A stretch of 64,000 nt of DNA from a virus: positions 1-64,000 of the IMG/VR virus record IMGVR_UViG_3300025133_006890; one strand, written 5' to 3'. Positions within the stretch are counted from its first letter, which is position 1, and each line of letters begins with the position of its first letter. Shown here piece after piece: positions 1 to 8,003 of this stretch. The notes below the pieces were generated by a model. The model was not told the DNA's origin and did no database searches. It was given only the letters and a program-made list of their open reading frames with translations. Made by a program: the position numbers and the translations under genes.

Positions 1-3
1 AGG

Positions 4-3000
4 ATGAGCGCCGGGAAGCGGAGCCAGTACAGATATTGGTATCGATGGAGAGATGGTCAGCTTCACAGAGAAAATGGTCCAGCAATTGAGTTTATAGAAA
101 GTCCCGAACATAATCGATATTACCTTGACGGTAGAGAGTATTCAAAAGAAGAATGGGAAGAGAAAGTTAAGGAACTCCAAGAGTCATTGTTACTAGAAGA
201 CAAGCAGGGCAATATCGTTCGCATTCTAAAGCTACCAATGTATGTGGCCAATTTCTTTCACGAGGAAGTTGGTCCAAAGCTATCATTCATATTTGCCAAA
301 TGGTTTGTGGAAGTTGAAACTGAAATTAATCTAAAAGCATTACACGATGTTGAAAATGCGAAACTTAAAGATGATCCCGAAGGAAAGAAAAGAAAGATGG
401 TGCACACTCATATGCTTAATGCGGTGCCCGGCACGTTCTTGCGTTGGGGTGGGGTCCAAAGACTTTTGTTGGCCTTGAAAAACAACGAACTCCAAGCCAG
501 AGAGGTCAAGAATCTTAATTTTGATGAAGCTGTAGCATTTTTAGCAGAAAAAGAAAGAGCGAATCTAAGAAAGAAGCAGATAGAGAAGCTAGATTCGGAG
601 TCATTCATTCTTAAATTTGATGATGGCTTTTCGTGGTACGACACAAATGATTTTAGATGTGAGGAGTGGATCTCCAACGAAATGGGCCACTGCGGCGCAG
701 ATGAACGTGGCCATTTGCAGATTCTATTTGATAAGAAAATGAGGCCCCATGGAACAATGACTTGGGAGAAAGAAGGCGACACAATTGAGCAAGCAGTTGG
801 CAAACAGAACAGGGCACCCGATAAGAAATATTGGAAATACTTTGGCGATTTTATCAATAAAATGGAAATTGTATCTGTTGATGCTGACATTGTTGGAGGC
901 CATCAAGACTCCGAGTTTTCAGAGTTTCTATATAACTCCATTGATCCAGAATTGGCCAAAAAAGAAAAAATAACTATCGATGACATGGGAACGATTCAGC
1001 ATTCGAAAGGCGGGAAGTGGCACAGAGAAGATGGTCCTGCGAGGTACAGAACCAAAGAGTCCATTGAGGAACATGGTAGTCTATATTCACCGCAGCCGGA
1101 GATCTTTGAACAATGGTGGATTGATGGCAAGATGCACAGAGATGATGGTCCCGCGTATTTCAATGACGCTGGGGAAGAGCATTGGATGCAACGCGGGAAG
1201 TTCCACAGAGATCAGACCGACCAAACAGACGAAAAACAAGAGGCGGCGTCGACCGTGTTGGTCGATGTGGGCGGTATCTTAGATACGGCGCAGGCGTGGA
1301 AGAGAAAATGGTATGTTCATGGAGAACTTCACAGAGAAAATGATTTACCAGCGATCTTATGGCCAAAGCGGGGAGATGGATCTAGAAGGAGAGATTGGTA
1401 TCATCGCGGAAGATTACACAGAATGAATGGTCCTGCGATCCAGAAGAGAGGTGAAAGGGGAGATGTTGGTTATCGGGGTGGCCTTCGAGATCGCTTTTAT
1501 CTCTTTGGGAAACGAGTAGGTAGAAAACAGCATGCGGAAGTGGTCGCACAAATAAAAGCAAGCGAAGAAAAGAAACTTCAAGAAGATATTGGCCCAGAAT
1601 GGCACAAAAAAGTATATGCGAAAGACACAATTAATAAGAAAGACCTCATTGGACACACACAAGGTGCAGAGAATGAAGAGCATGTTGACAAGGGCAAGTC
1701 ATTTTCGGATGATCCTCCGCCAAGAGCGAGCAATAAAAACTTAAGTGCTCCCCCAGCCATCGCCGAAGAGATTATTGGCGAAATTTCCAAACCCGCAGCA
1801 CTTCTCAACTCCAACTTGCTAAAGAAATTGGCAGTTGGTGACAAAGTTATCGCTGTGTTTGAAGATGGACTCACGGCTTATGGGATGGAAGTGCTCAGAC
1901 CGGGCGTTCCATATGAATTTGTTAAGAAAACAACCAATAGTTTTGTAGTTGACCCGCCAATCCGAGGAAGAACGAACGTTTCATTGGAAAATTTCGCAAA
2001 AGTTGAGAAGAACATCGACCAAACAAAAGTTAGATTCCAAATTGTAAAGAAAGAGGGCAAGACCATACCCCAGAAAGAAAACAAGCCCGTCCCAGACAAA
2101 AAACAAGAGAAATTTGCAAAGAAAGCGATTGAAAAGTATGTTCCCCAAGCCCCAGATGATTTTATAAATGTGATTGCCTCTGGCTTGTTGGGTAATGGAG
2201 CAGTGAATACTGCTCCAGAGATTGTTCAGTGGTTTAAAAAACTTTTAGATATGATTGTCAAGCTTTTGGGCGGTGGTTTTGGGTTTGATGATATTGCAGA
2301 CGAACTATTCCCATCCAATAACCGACCAATAAAGCTTGAGGGCGCCGGAAATGCTCTAATTTTTGGAGATTCTCAAGTTGGTGGCGGAATTGGTCGCGCT
2401 TTTAAAGAAGAGTTGGAGAAAAAAGGTTACAAACTCTGTTCTGATTGTAAAATGTACGTAAACGGCTCTTCGATTCGCTATTGGGCCAAGAATCTAAACT
2501 TAAAATATCTTTTGGAAGAAAAACAGCCCAATTTAATCGTTATTTCCCTTGGAGGCAACGGTGGGGCGCACGGGGCAAGAAAGTTGGTCAATAAAATCAA
2601 AGAATTGGTTCCAAAAGCTCGTATTATTTGGTCTGGCCCGCCGCCAGCGGTATCGACGACGAAGATAACAGGCAGAAACATTGAAAGATTAATAAAATCT
2701 CGTCAAAACACAAATAATCAGCTGAAACAAGCGCTTGGTAGCATCTTTATAGACCCTGCAAGGTACATGACAGACTATAAATCGTCTCCAGACGGGCTAC
2801 ATGTGCCTTATAAAGATGCTAAAAAGTATGTAAGCAGATTATTTGCGGGTCAAAACTCTTCACCCTCTGTAAAGGTGAAAGAAGTTGATAAAATTTCACG
2901 AAGACACGGTAGAGTTCCCAAAGGTAAGCTACCAGAGATCGTTGCTGCGATTAGAGAGGCTGGCGCGAGGCATGGAGTTAACGAGGACATACTAATGGGG

Positions 3001-3501
3001 GTTGTTCAGATCGAATCTGGCTTCAATCCACACGCAAAATCACCCACAGGGGCTAAAGGACTCTTCCAGTTCATCGGAAGCACTGGCAGAGCCCATGGTT
3101 TGATGTCAGATAGTGATTTTTATAGTATAGAGATGAACGCCGATGCCGGTGCGAGGCTTTATAAGAAGAATTTACGAGCAGCAGCTAGAGTTACAGGGGC
3201 CGCTGTCACCGAAAAGACCGAATTTTATGCATATATCGCACATAATCAAGGAATGGGCGGTTTAAATCAGATTGTTCGCTCTGCAAGGAGCGGAGGAAGA
3301 AGAAAAGTAAGCAAAACGGTACTGAGGAACATGAATCATCAGGGTTCCCATGTGAAAGCTGCGATGGCCCGGAATCCCGGGAACCCTGCACAGGCATTTC
3401 TTGACTTTTTCCAGAAAAAGTGGGATTCTGCGAAACCAAGGGGCGTTGCTATTGCAAATTCGGCCTCTAATAGCCCTTTGACCGAAAATCAACTCAAATA
3501 A
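4..3501 (+). CDS. Large mosaic protein, possibly 5'-truncated: HRxxGPA repeats, PcfJ-like domain, SGNH/GDSL hydrolase domain, C-terminal soluble lytic transglycosylase (SLT) domain
   Basis: Frame is open from base 1. Motifs: LHRENGPA/WHREDGPA/MHRDDGPA/LHRMNGPA; NEMGHCG...QAVGKQN (PcfJ-like); IFGDSQ..NGS..SLGGN..DGLH (SGNH blocks); QIESGFNPHAKSPTGAKGLFQF and AHNQG (SLT catalytic Glu and GLxQ motifs). Confidence 0.85.
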   Translation: MSAGKRSQYRYWYRWRDGQLHRENGPAIEFIESPEHNRYYLDGREYSKEEWEEKVKELQESLLLEDKQGNIVRILKLPMYVANFFHEEVGPKLSFIFAKWFVEVETEINLKALHDVENAKLKDDPEGKKRKMVHTHMLNAVPGTFLRWGGVQRLLLALKNNELQAREVKNLNFDEAVAFLAEKERANLRKKQIEKLDSESFILKFDDGFSWYDTNDFRCEEWISNEMGHCGADERGHLQILFDKKMRPHGTMTWEKEGDTIEQAVGKQNRAPDKKYWKYFGDFINKMEIVSVDADIVGGHQDSEFSEFLYNSIDPELAKKEKITIDDMGTIQHSKGGKWHREDGPARYRTKESIEEHGSLYSPQPEIFEQWWIDGKMHRDDGPAYFNDAGEEHWMQRGKFHRDQTDQTDEKQEAASTVLVDVGGILDTAQAWKRKWYVHGELHRENDLPAILWPKRGDGSRRRDWYHRGRLHRMNGPAIQKRGERGDVGYRGGLRDRFYLFGKRVGRKQHAEVVAQIKASEEKKLQEDIGPEWHKKVYAKDTINKKDLIGHTQGAENEEHVDKGKSFSDDPPPRASNKNLSAPPAIAEEIIGEISKPAALLNSNLLKKLAVGDKVIAVFEDGLTAYGMEVLRPGVPYEFVKKTTNSFVVDPPIRGRTNVSLENFAKVEKNIDQTKVRFQIVKKEGKTIPQKENKPVPDKKQEKFAKKAIEKYVPQAPDDFINVIASGLLGNGAVNTAPEIVQWFKKLLDMIVKLLGGGFGFDDIADELFPSNNRPIKLEGAGNALIFGDSQVGGGIGRAFKEELEKKGYKLCSDCKMYVNGSSIRYWAKNLNLKYLLEEKQPNLIVISLGGNGGAHGARKLVNKIKELVPKARIIWSGPPPAVSTTKITGRNIERLIKSRQNTNNQLKQALGSIFIDPARYMTDYKSSPDGLHVPYKDAKKYVSRLFAGQNSSPSVKVKEVDKISRRHGRVPKGKLPEIVAAIREAGARHGVNEDILMGVVQIESGFNPHAKSPTGAKGLFQFIGSTGRAHGLMSDSDFYSIEMNADAGARLYKKNLRAAARVTGAAVTEKTEFYAYIAHNQGMGGLNQIVRSARSGGRRKVSKTVLRNMNHQGSHVKAAMARNPGNPAQAFLDFFQKKWDSAKPRGVAIANSASNSPLTENQLK
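61..1440 (+). repeat. Six protein-level HRxxGPA-type repeats: one at ~61-90, five at ~1018-1440
   Basis: LHRENGPAI, WHREDGPAR, MHRDDGPAY, FHRDQTDQ (degenerate), LHRENDLPAI, LHRMNGPAI, most preceded by an aromatic W/Y-x-x-x-G motif. Confidence 0.8.
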
Positions 3502-3514
3502 AGCAAATTGTGGC

Positions 3515-3543
3515 TTGAAACCGAGATCCAACTAGGATATACT
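3515..3543 (+). promoter_or_regulatory. Sigma70-type promoter for purA
   Basis: TTGAAA (3515-3520), 17 nt spacer, TATACT (3538-3543); AGGAG RBS at 3557-3561 before ATG 3567. Confidence 0.75.
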
Positions 3544-3566
3544 CATTATAAGCCATAGGAGATAGA

Positions 3567-4574
3567 ATGATAGCTGATATAGTGCTTGGAGCACAGTACG
3601 GAGACGAAGGAAAGGGCAAAGTAACCCATCATTTGCTTAAATCGGGCAAATATACCCATTGTATACGCTTTAATGGCAGTAATAACGCCGGCCACACCAT
3701 TTATCATGAAGGGCAGAAGATTGTTACCCATTCTATCCCTTCAGGGGTGTTATATGACGATATTAGGTGTATTATTGGTCCTGGGTGTGCTTTAAACCCA
3801 GAACAGTTCTTTTTAGAGCTTAAAGAGCTTGAAGACGCCGGAATTAACACAAATAATGTGTTTATTGCCGATAATTGTCATGTAATCATGCCCGATCACC
3901 TATCAGAAGATGGAACAGATGAGGTAATTGGTACTACAAGGCGTGGAAATGGCCCTGCTTATAGGGCAAAATACGGCAGAACGGGCGTTTTAGCACGCGA
4001 AATACCCGAATTTAAGCCATATTTGGTCAATTTCTACGAAGAATTGCATGGAAACGGGCAAAAACCAGTCATTTTGTGCGAAGGTGCCCAAGGATTTGGC
4101 TTAGATATCGATTGGGGCGACTATCCATACGTCACTTCAAGCCATTGTACCACCGGATCGGTCATTTTGAACGGTATTCCGCACCAATGGGTACGCAATG
4201 TGTGGGGTGTAGCTAAGATTTACGAGACATATGTAGGTAAAAAGCTGTTTCAAGACCCAAATGAGCCTGTTTTTGAGAGAATTTGCCAAGTTGGGACCGA
4301 ATTTGGGGCTACAACGGGCAGAAAACGCCAAATTGGGTGGTTAGACACCGATTTACTCGATAAATCAGCCAAAATCAACGGCTTTACGCACTTAATCTTC
4401 AACAAATGTGATGTTTTGAAGCAAATTGGGGTGTTTAAGGCCCGAAAAGGGGCCGAAAAGACCCTAGAATTCACCCAATTTACCCACTTTGAAGCCTATT
4501 TGAGGGCTAAATATGGCCATTTTGAGGGCAAAAAGAGACAGATATTCTTCTCAGAGACCCCCAATGGTATATAA
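3567..4574 (+). CDS. purA: Adenylosuccinate synthetase, short form (335 aa)
   Basis: GAQYGDEGKGK P-loop with catalytic Asp, NAGHT, IGTTRRGNGPAY, EGAQGFGLDIDWGDYPYVTSS, EFGATTGRKR, NKCDVL. Confidence 0.95.
   Translation: MIADIVLGAQYGDEGKGKVTHHLLKSGKYTHCIRFNGSNNAGHTIYHEGQKIVTHSIPSGVLYDDIRCIIGPGCALNPEQFFLELKELEDAGINTNNVFIADNCHVIMPDHLSEDGTDEVIGTTRRGNGPAYRAKYGRTGVLAREIPEFKPYLVNFYEELHGNGQKPVILCEGAQGFGLDIDWGDYPYVTSSHCTTGSVILNGIPHQWVRNVWGVAKIYETYVGKKLFQDPNEPVFERICQVGTEFGATTGRKRQIGWLDTDLLDKSAKINGFTHLIFNKCDVLKQIGVFKARKGAEKTLEFTQFTHFEAYLRAKYGHFEGKKRQIFFSETPNGI
3960..4535. other. Helically phased A/T tracts (predicted intrinsically curved DNA) superimposed on purA
   Basis: A/T tracts start near 4270, 4280, 4300, 4322, 4330, 4341, 4351, 4361, 4371, 4383, 4392, 4404, 4414, 4423, 4434, 4445, 4456, 4468, 4477, 4488, 4498, 4509, 4519, 4530, mostly separated by G/C-rich spacers (period ~10.4 nt); similar phasing at 3968-4075. 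Confidence 0.7.
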
Positions 4575-4585
4575 TATAGCGCAAA

Positions 4586-4596
4586 ACTAGTTACTT
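4586..4596 (+). promoter_or_regulatory. Candidate phage late-promoter motif ACTAGTTACTT
   Basis: Lies in the only intergenic gap before ATG 4601; variant of the nnTA(A/G)TTA(T/C) motif also seen at 5000, 10868, 38030, 39798 and 44715. Confidence 0.45.
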
Positions 4597-4600
4597 TAGT

Positions 4601-7168
4601 ATGCCATGTAAAGCAATTAACAATAAATCTGGTCTAGATCTGGCCCCACATCAGGATCTAATAGACAGCTTCTTCCCATACACTCGGGAAAAGCTTAAAT
4701 ATGACCAAGATTTTACACTAAATTTGTTGTCTGATACACCAAACCAAGAGAATGCCTTGGGCAAGACTGCATATTACAATCCAGAAGCTTATGAAATCAC
4801 AATTTATGTCGATGGTAGGCACATAAAAGACATATTAAGGTCTATATCCCACGAAATTGTGCATCATACACAGAATTGTAGGGGTGAGTTTAAAGATGGT
4901 GTAGAGACGGGTGATGGCTATGCTCAAGGGAACAGCCACTTACGAAAGATGGAAAAAGAAGCATATCTACAAGGAAACATGCTTTTTCGTGATTGGGAAG
5001 ATAATTATAAAAGGGATAATACTCTTAAGGAAAATAAAATAATGAATATTAATGAACTGCGCGAATTGGTACAAAAACAGGTACAAAAAATGAACGAAGA
5101 CAGCTATCGTGGCGATGAAACGGAAATCCGTGGATATCCGGCGCCGGCCGAGAAGTTCAATATTGATCAATGGACCGCAGATGCTGGTAAGAAATTAGGC
5201 GCTCTCGAAAAAGAAGTAAGCGCTTTCGAAAAAGGAAAGCAAAGGGGCAGCCCAGCCCGCCGAGGGGCAAAACCGCCTGCTGGTGTTCAACAATACACTG
5301 GCGCAGAGCTATTTGGGCGCAGAGCTAGGCTTGCAAAGGCGATTTATACCTCCGAGAATGGCAAATATTTTATTTATTATAAAGGTAAAAAAGCTCCTGC
5401 AAGTCGGTCGCAGACTGCACAAATTACAAGGGCTATTCAAAAACAAGGCGGTGGAACCAGAACTGTTGATTTTTCTGGTGAAGGATCAACGATCACGGCT
5501 GGTGATGGTGCAAAAAGAGCGGTAGATGCTGCATGGAAAGCTGCTGGTGGTGATAAACTTGATAAACAACTTGATTTGCCTCGCGGCCAACAACGAGCAG
5601 GACCGGAAGCGCCAGCGACGGGGGAACGGCCAGCAACGCCGGGTGATTTAGACCAGATCGGTAAAGGTGTCCCTCGTTATGGAAAAATCCAGAAGATAAA
5701 AGGCGGCGGCGCTCGTCCCACAAGAAGCACAAACGAATCTGTTATGGTTAAAAAAATCGAAGAAGAAGTTCTTAGAATTTTGAAAGAAAAAAAAAATAAC
5801 CAATCATTAGCAGAAGCCATTCCCGGCGTCAGCGCTGCCGTGATGGGTGCTGGCCTCGCTGGCGGCGTAGCGGTTGCGGCAGCTGCACCCTGGGTGATGC
5901 TGGCGACTTCGGCATTACCTCCACTAATGATTGCTGGCGGCGTGGCTGCGGCAGGGGCTGCGGGTCTTTGGGTTGCCAAAAAACTAAATCTACCAGGCAC
6001 TCGTGATCTTAAAACAGAAATTGAAAAAATATTAGATGGTGGTGGTGGACTAAAGTCTACCGATCAGGCGGCCAGATTCTTTAGTTCTCAAGTGGATTCA
6101 ATGTATGTCAGCGGAGAGGAAGAACAAGCAATGCTGGCAATCTTAAGAGTTATTGATCGAGCTGGTGGTAAGGTGTGTGCTTCTTTTGTTAAGCAGTTAC
6201 TTGAGCAATTTGACCCCGACGTTGATCCTGCTGATGAAAATTCAGTATATGATTTGTGGTTCAAAACCATTCCGCTGCGATTCGCCCACGGGCCAAGAGT
6301 TCTGGCAAGAGCACTTCTAGAAAGAATCTTTAAGAAAGCTAAAAAATGGGTTAAAGATCAAAAGAAGAAGAAGAAGTGGAAGGGTTGTCCCGATGGTCAA
6401 CGATTTGATGCGGTCACAGGCAAGTGCGTTCCAGAGAAGAAGAAGAAGAAGAAGTGGAAGGGTTGTCCCGATGGTCAACGATTTGATGCGGTCGCTGGCA
6501 AGTGCGTTCCAGATGGCGGGCAAGGGGGTTGTCCCGATGGTCAACGATTTGATGGACCAACTGGTAAATGTGTGCCCGATCCGCAGCCTCCTGGTCCTCA
6601 CAGGCGTGGTGGTAGAAGCTGCAAGCATCCCCGGAAAGGTGGTGTTTTATCAAAGGGTTGCGTTGGACTCCCTGTTGAGGATATTCAAAACAGACTGAAC
6701 ACCCTGTACAAAAAGTCTGGCTATTCCCTCGACGCTGATGGCAAGTTTGGCAGAAATACAGAGAACATGGTAGTTGGCTTCCAGAGGCAACACAAGCTTC
6801 AGCCAGATGGTAAATTTGGTCCGAAATCGTGGGCAGCTTTGCTAGCCGCACAAAAGGCTTCGAGCGATCGTTCAGATGCCCATACGGACAATCCCAATGC
6901 CCCTGGATTTATGAATAGAATAGATATTCTCTCAGTCATCTACGATGTTGCTAAGGGGAAAATGGATCAGCCACAGATGGAGAAGTTAGCAGATCATATT
7001 TTTGACGCGCAACGGGGTGGACACAAATATACTCCAAAAGAAATTGCAGCCCATGTTCATGGGATGTTGAAGGAATCTATCTTTGATCAAACTGCCACTC
7101 ACATCAGACCTATTCGAGATAGGTTCAATACCTTGAATGAGCATTTAACCAAAAAACTGATCAAGTAA
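4601..7168 (+). CDS. Mosaic protein: N-terminal HExxH metallopeptidase-like domain, hydrophobic Gly/Ala segment, Cys-paired tandem repeats, peptidoglycan-binding domain
   Basis: SISHEIVHHTQ...EKEAY; GVSAAVMGAGLAGGVAVAAAAPWVMLATSALPPLMIAGGVAAAGAAGLW; 3x GCPDGQRFDxxxGKCVP; LSKGCVGLPVEDIQNRL..ADGKFGRNTENMVVGFQRQHKLQPDGKFGPKSWAAL (PG_binding_1 pattern). Confidence 0.85.
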   Translation: MPCKAINNKSGLDLAPHQDLIDSFFPYTREKLKYDQDFTLNLLSDTPNQENALGKTAYYNPEAYEITIYVDGRHIKDILRSISHEIVHHTQNCRGEFKDGVETGDGYAQGNSHLRKMEKEAYLQGNMLFRDWEDNYKRDNTLKENKIMNINELRELVQKQVQKMNEDSYRGDETEIRGYPAPAEKFNIDQWTADAGKKLGALEKEVSAFEKGKQRGSPARRGAKPPAGVQQYTGAELFGRRARLAKAIYTSENGKYFIYYKGKKAPASRSQTAQITRAIQKQGGGTRTVDFSGEGSTITAGDGAKRAVDAAWKAAGGDKLDKQLDLPRGQQRAGPEAPATGERPATPGDLDQIGKGVPRYGKIQKIKGGGARPTRSTNESVMVKKIEEEVLRILKEKKNNQSLAEAIPGVSAAVMGAGLAGGVAVAAAAPWVMLATSALPPLMIAGGVAAAGAAGLWVAKKLNLPGTRDLKTEIEKILDGGGGLKSTDQAARFFSSQVDSMYVSGEEEQAMLAILRVIDRAGGKVCASFVKQLLEQFDPDVDPADENSVYDLWFKTIPLRFAHGPRVLARALLERIFKKAKKWVKDQKKKKKWKGCPDGQRFDAVTGKCVPEKKKKKKWKGCPDGQRFDAVAGKCVPDGGQGGCPDGQRFDGPTGKCVPDPQPPGPHRRGGRSCKHPRKGGVLSKGCVGLPVEDIQNRLNTLYKKSGYSLDADGKFGRNTENMVVGFQRQHKLQPDGKFGPKSWAALLAAQKASSDRSDAHTDNPNAPGFMNRIDILSVIYDVAKGKMDQPQMEKLADHIFDAQRGGHKYTPKEIAAHVHGMLKESIFDQTATHIRPIRDRFNTLNEHLTKKLIK
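5000..5010 (+). promoter_or_regulatory. Candidate internal late-promoter motif GATAATTATAA upstream of in-frame ATG 5042
   Basis: Motif is followed by TAAGGA (RBS-like) and an in-frame ATG at 5042 (MNINELRE). Confidence 0.4.
6362..6577 (+). repeat. Near-perfect coding tandem repeat, three copies (periods 78 and 66 nt)
   Basis: ggttgtcccgatggtcaacgatttgatg starts at 6383, 6461 and 6527; the first two copies are preceded by (aag)n tggaag, encoding KKKKKWK. Confidence 0.95.
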
Positions 7169-7178
7169 AAAATGAAAA

Positions 7179-8003
7179 ATGGCAGAATTCTGGCTTGGAA
7201 AAACAAGAAAGTGTACAACTGAAGGCCGGGGCACGCTTTATGACACGGGCGGGCCTACTGGTTCATATGAGAATGATGAGTTAGAGTATTTTGTCCTGCA
7301 ACACCCTGGCAAAACTGTTTATAAGTTCGATGTCAGAGAGTGGGAAGTCACAGACTTTTTCGAAGACTCTTCAAATTATGACTATCTAGATGTTTGGAGT
7401 TCTGAAGAAGATGACCAAAACTCATGGGACTTCGTTGCAAGGCTCGGCGGAGAAGAGTATAATACGGAGACTTTCACCGATTGGCAAAAGTTTGTGATTG
7501 GAAGACCTTATGTCAAGTTTTGTTGGACAACAAGTGCGACCGGGACAACCAATACTGGATTCAAAATCGAATGGTCAACCCAAGAAGTAATTGGGGCTGG
7601 CGACTTAGAATTAGATCAGGATTCGGAGGATCTCTACTCAGCAACCGAAGTCGAAGTTGTTCAGTGTTCTGAGTCATGTCCAAAAGTTCCAGATATCTCT
7701 GACATTGAATGGCAGAATAACGACTTACCAGAGAGAAATCTCATTGGTGATTCCCTGATGACAGATGCTATAACTTCTGATAGTGGGAAAAAGATGTTCC
7801 CGGGTGGTGTGACGCCAATGGGATTCTTAACGGCGTCGTCTGGTTGGGGAGAAAACAACCCAGTTATCATTCGCAACGTTTTGAAGGAACACAACTTTAC
7901 AAAAACTGGACTTGATCAAGTGCCATTTTCTTATTCGACACACTCTCCCTTTATTTTAAGACAAAGAGCTTTAGCATATGTAATTAAGGAAAAAGAAGAC
8001 TAA
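7179..8003 (+). CDS. Hypothetical protein with CUB-like N-terminal domain
   Basis: GTLYDTGGPTGSYENDE...YDYLDVW...YVKFCWTTSATGTTNTGFKIEWS follows the CUB-domain pattern; TAATG coupling to the next gene. Confidence 0.6.
   Translation: MAEFWLGKTRKCTTEGRGTLYDTGGPTGSYENDELEYFVLQHPGKTVYKFDVREWEVTDFFEDSSNYDYLDVWSSEEDDQNSWDFVARLGGEEYNTETFTDWQKFVIGRPYVKFCWTTSATGTTNTGFKIEWSTQEVIGAGDLELDQDSEDLYSATEVEVVQCSESCPKVPDISDIEWQNNDLPERNLIGDSLMTDAITSDSGKKMFPGGVTPMGFLTASSGWGENNPVIIRNVLKEHNFTKTGLDQVPFSYSTHSPFILRQRALAYVIKEKED

Noticed and set aside
3567-4574. PurZ (2-aminoadenine Z-genome) synthase
   Set aside because: Retains the PurA catalytic Asp in GDEGKG (PurZ has Ser) and the GATTGR loop; no dATPase/MazZ-like partner recognised in the window.
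6362-6577. CRISPR array
   Set aside because: The 28-nt repeated core is in frame within a CDS and the intervening sequences resemble each other, so it is a coding tandem repeat.
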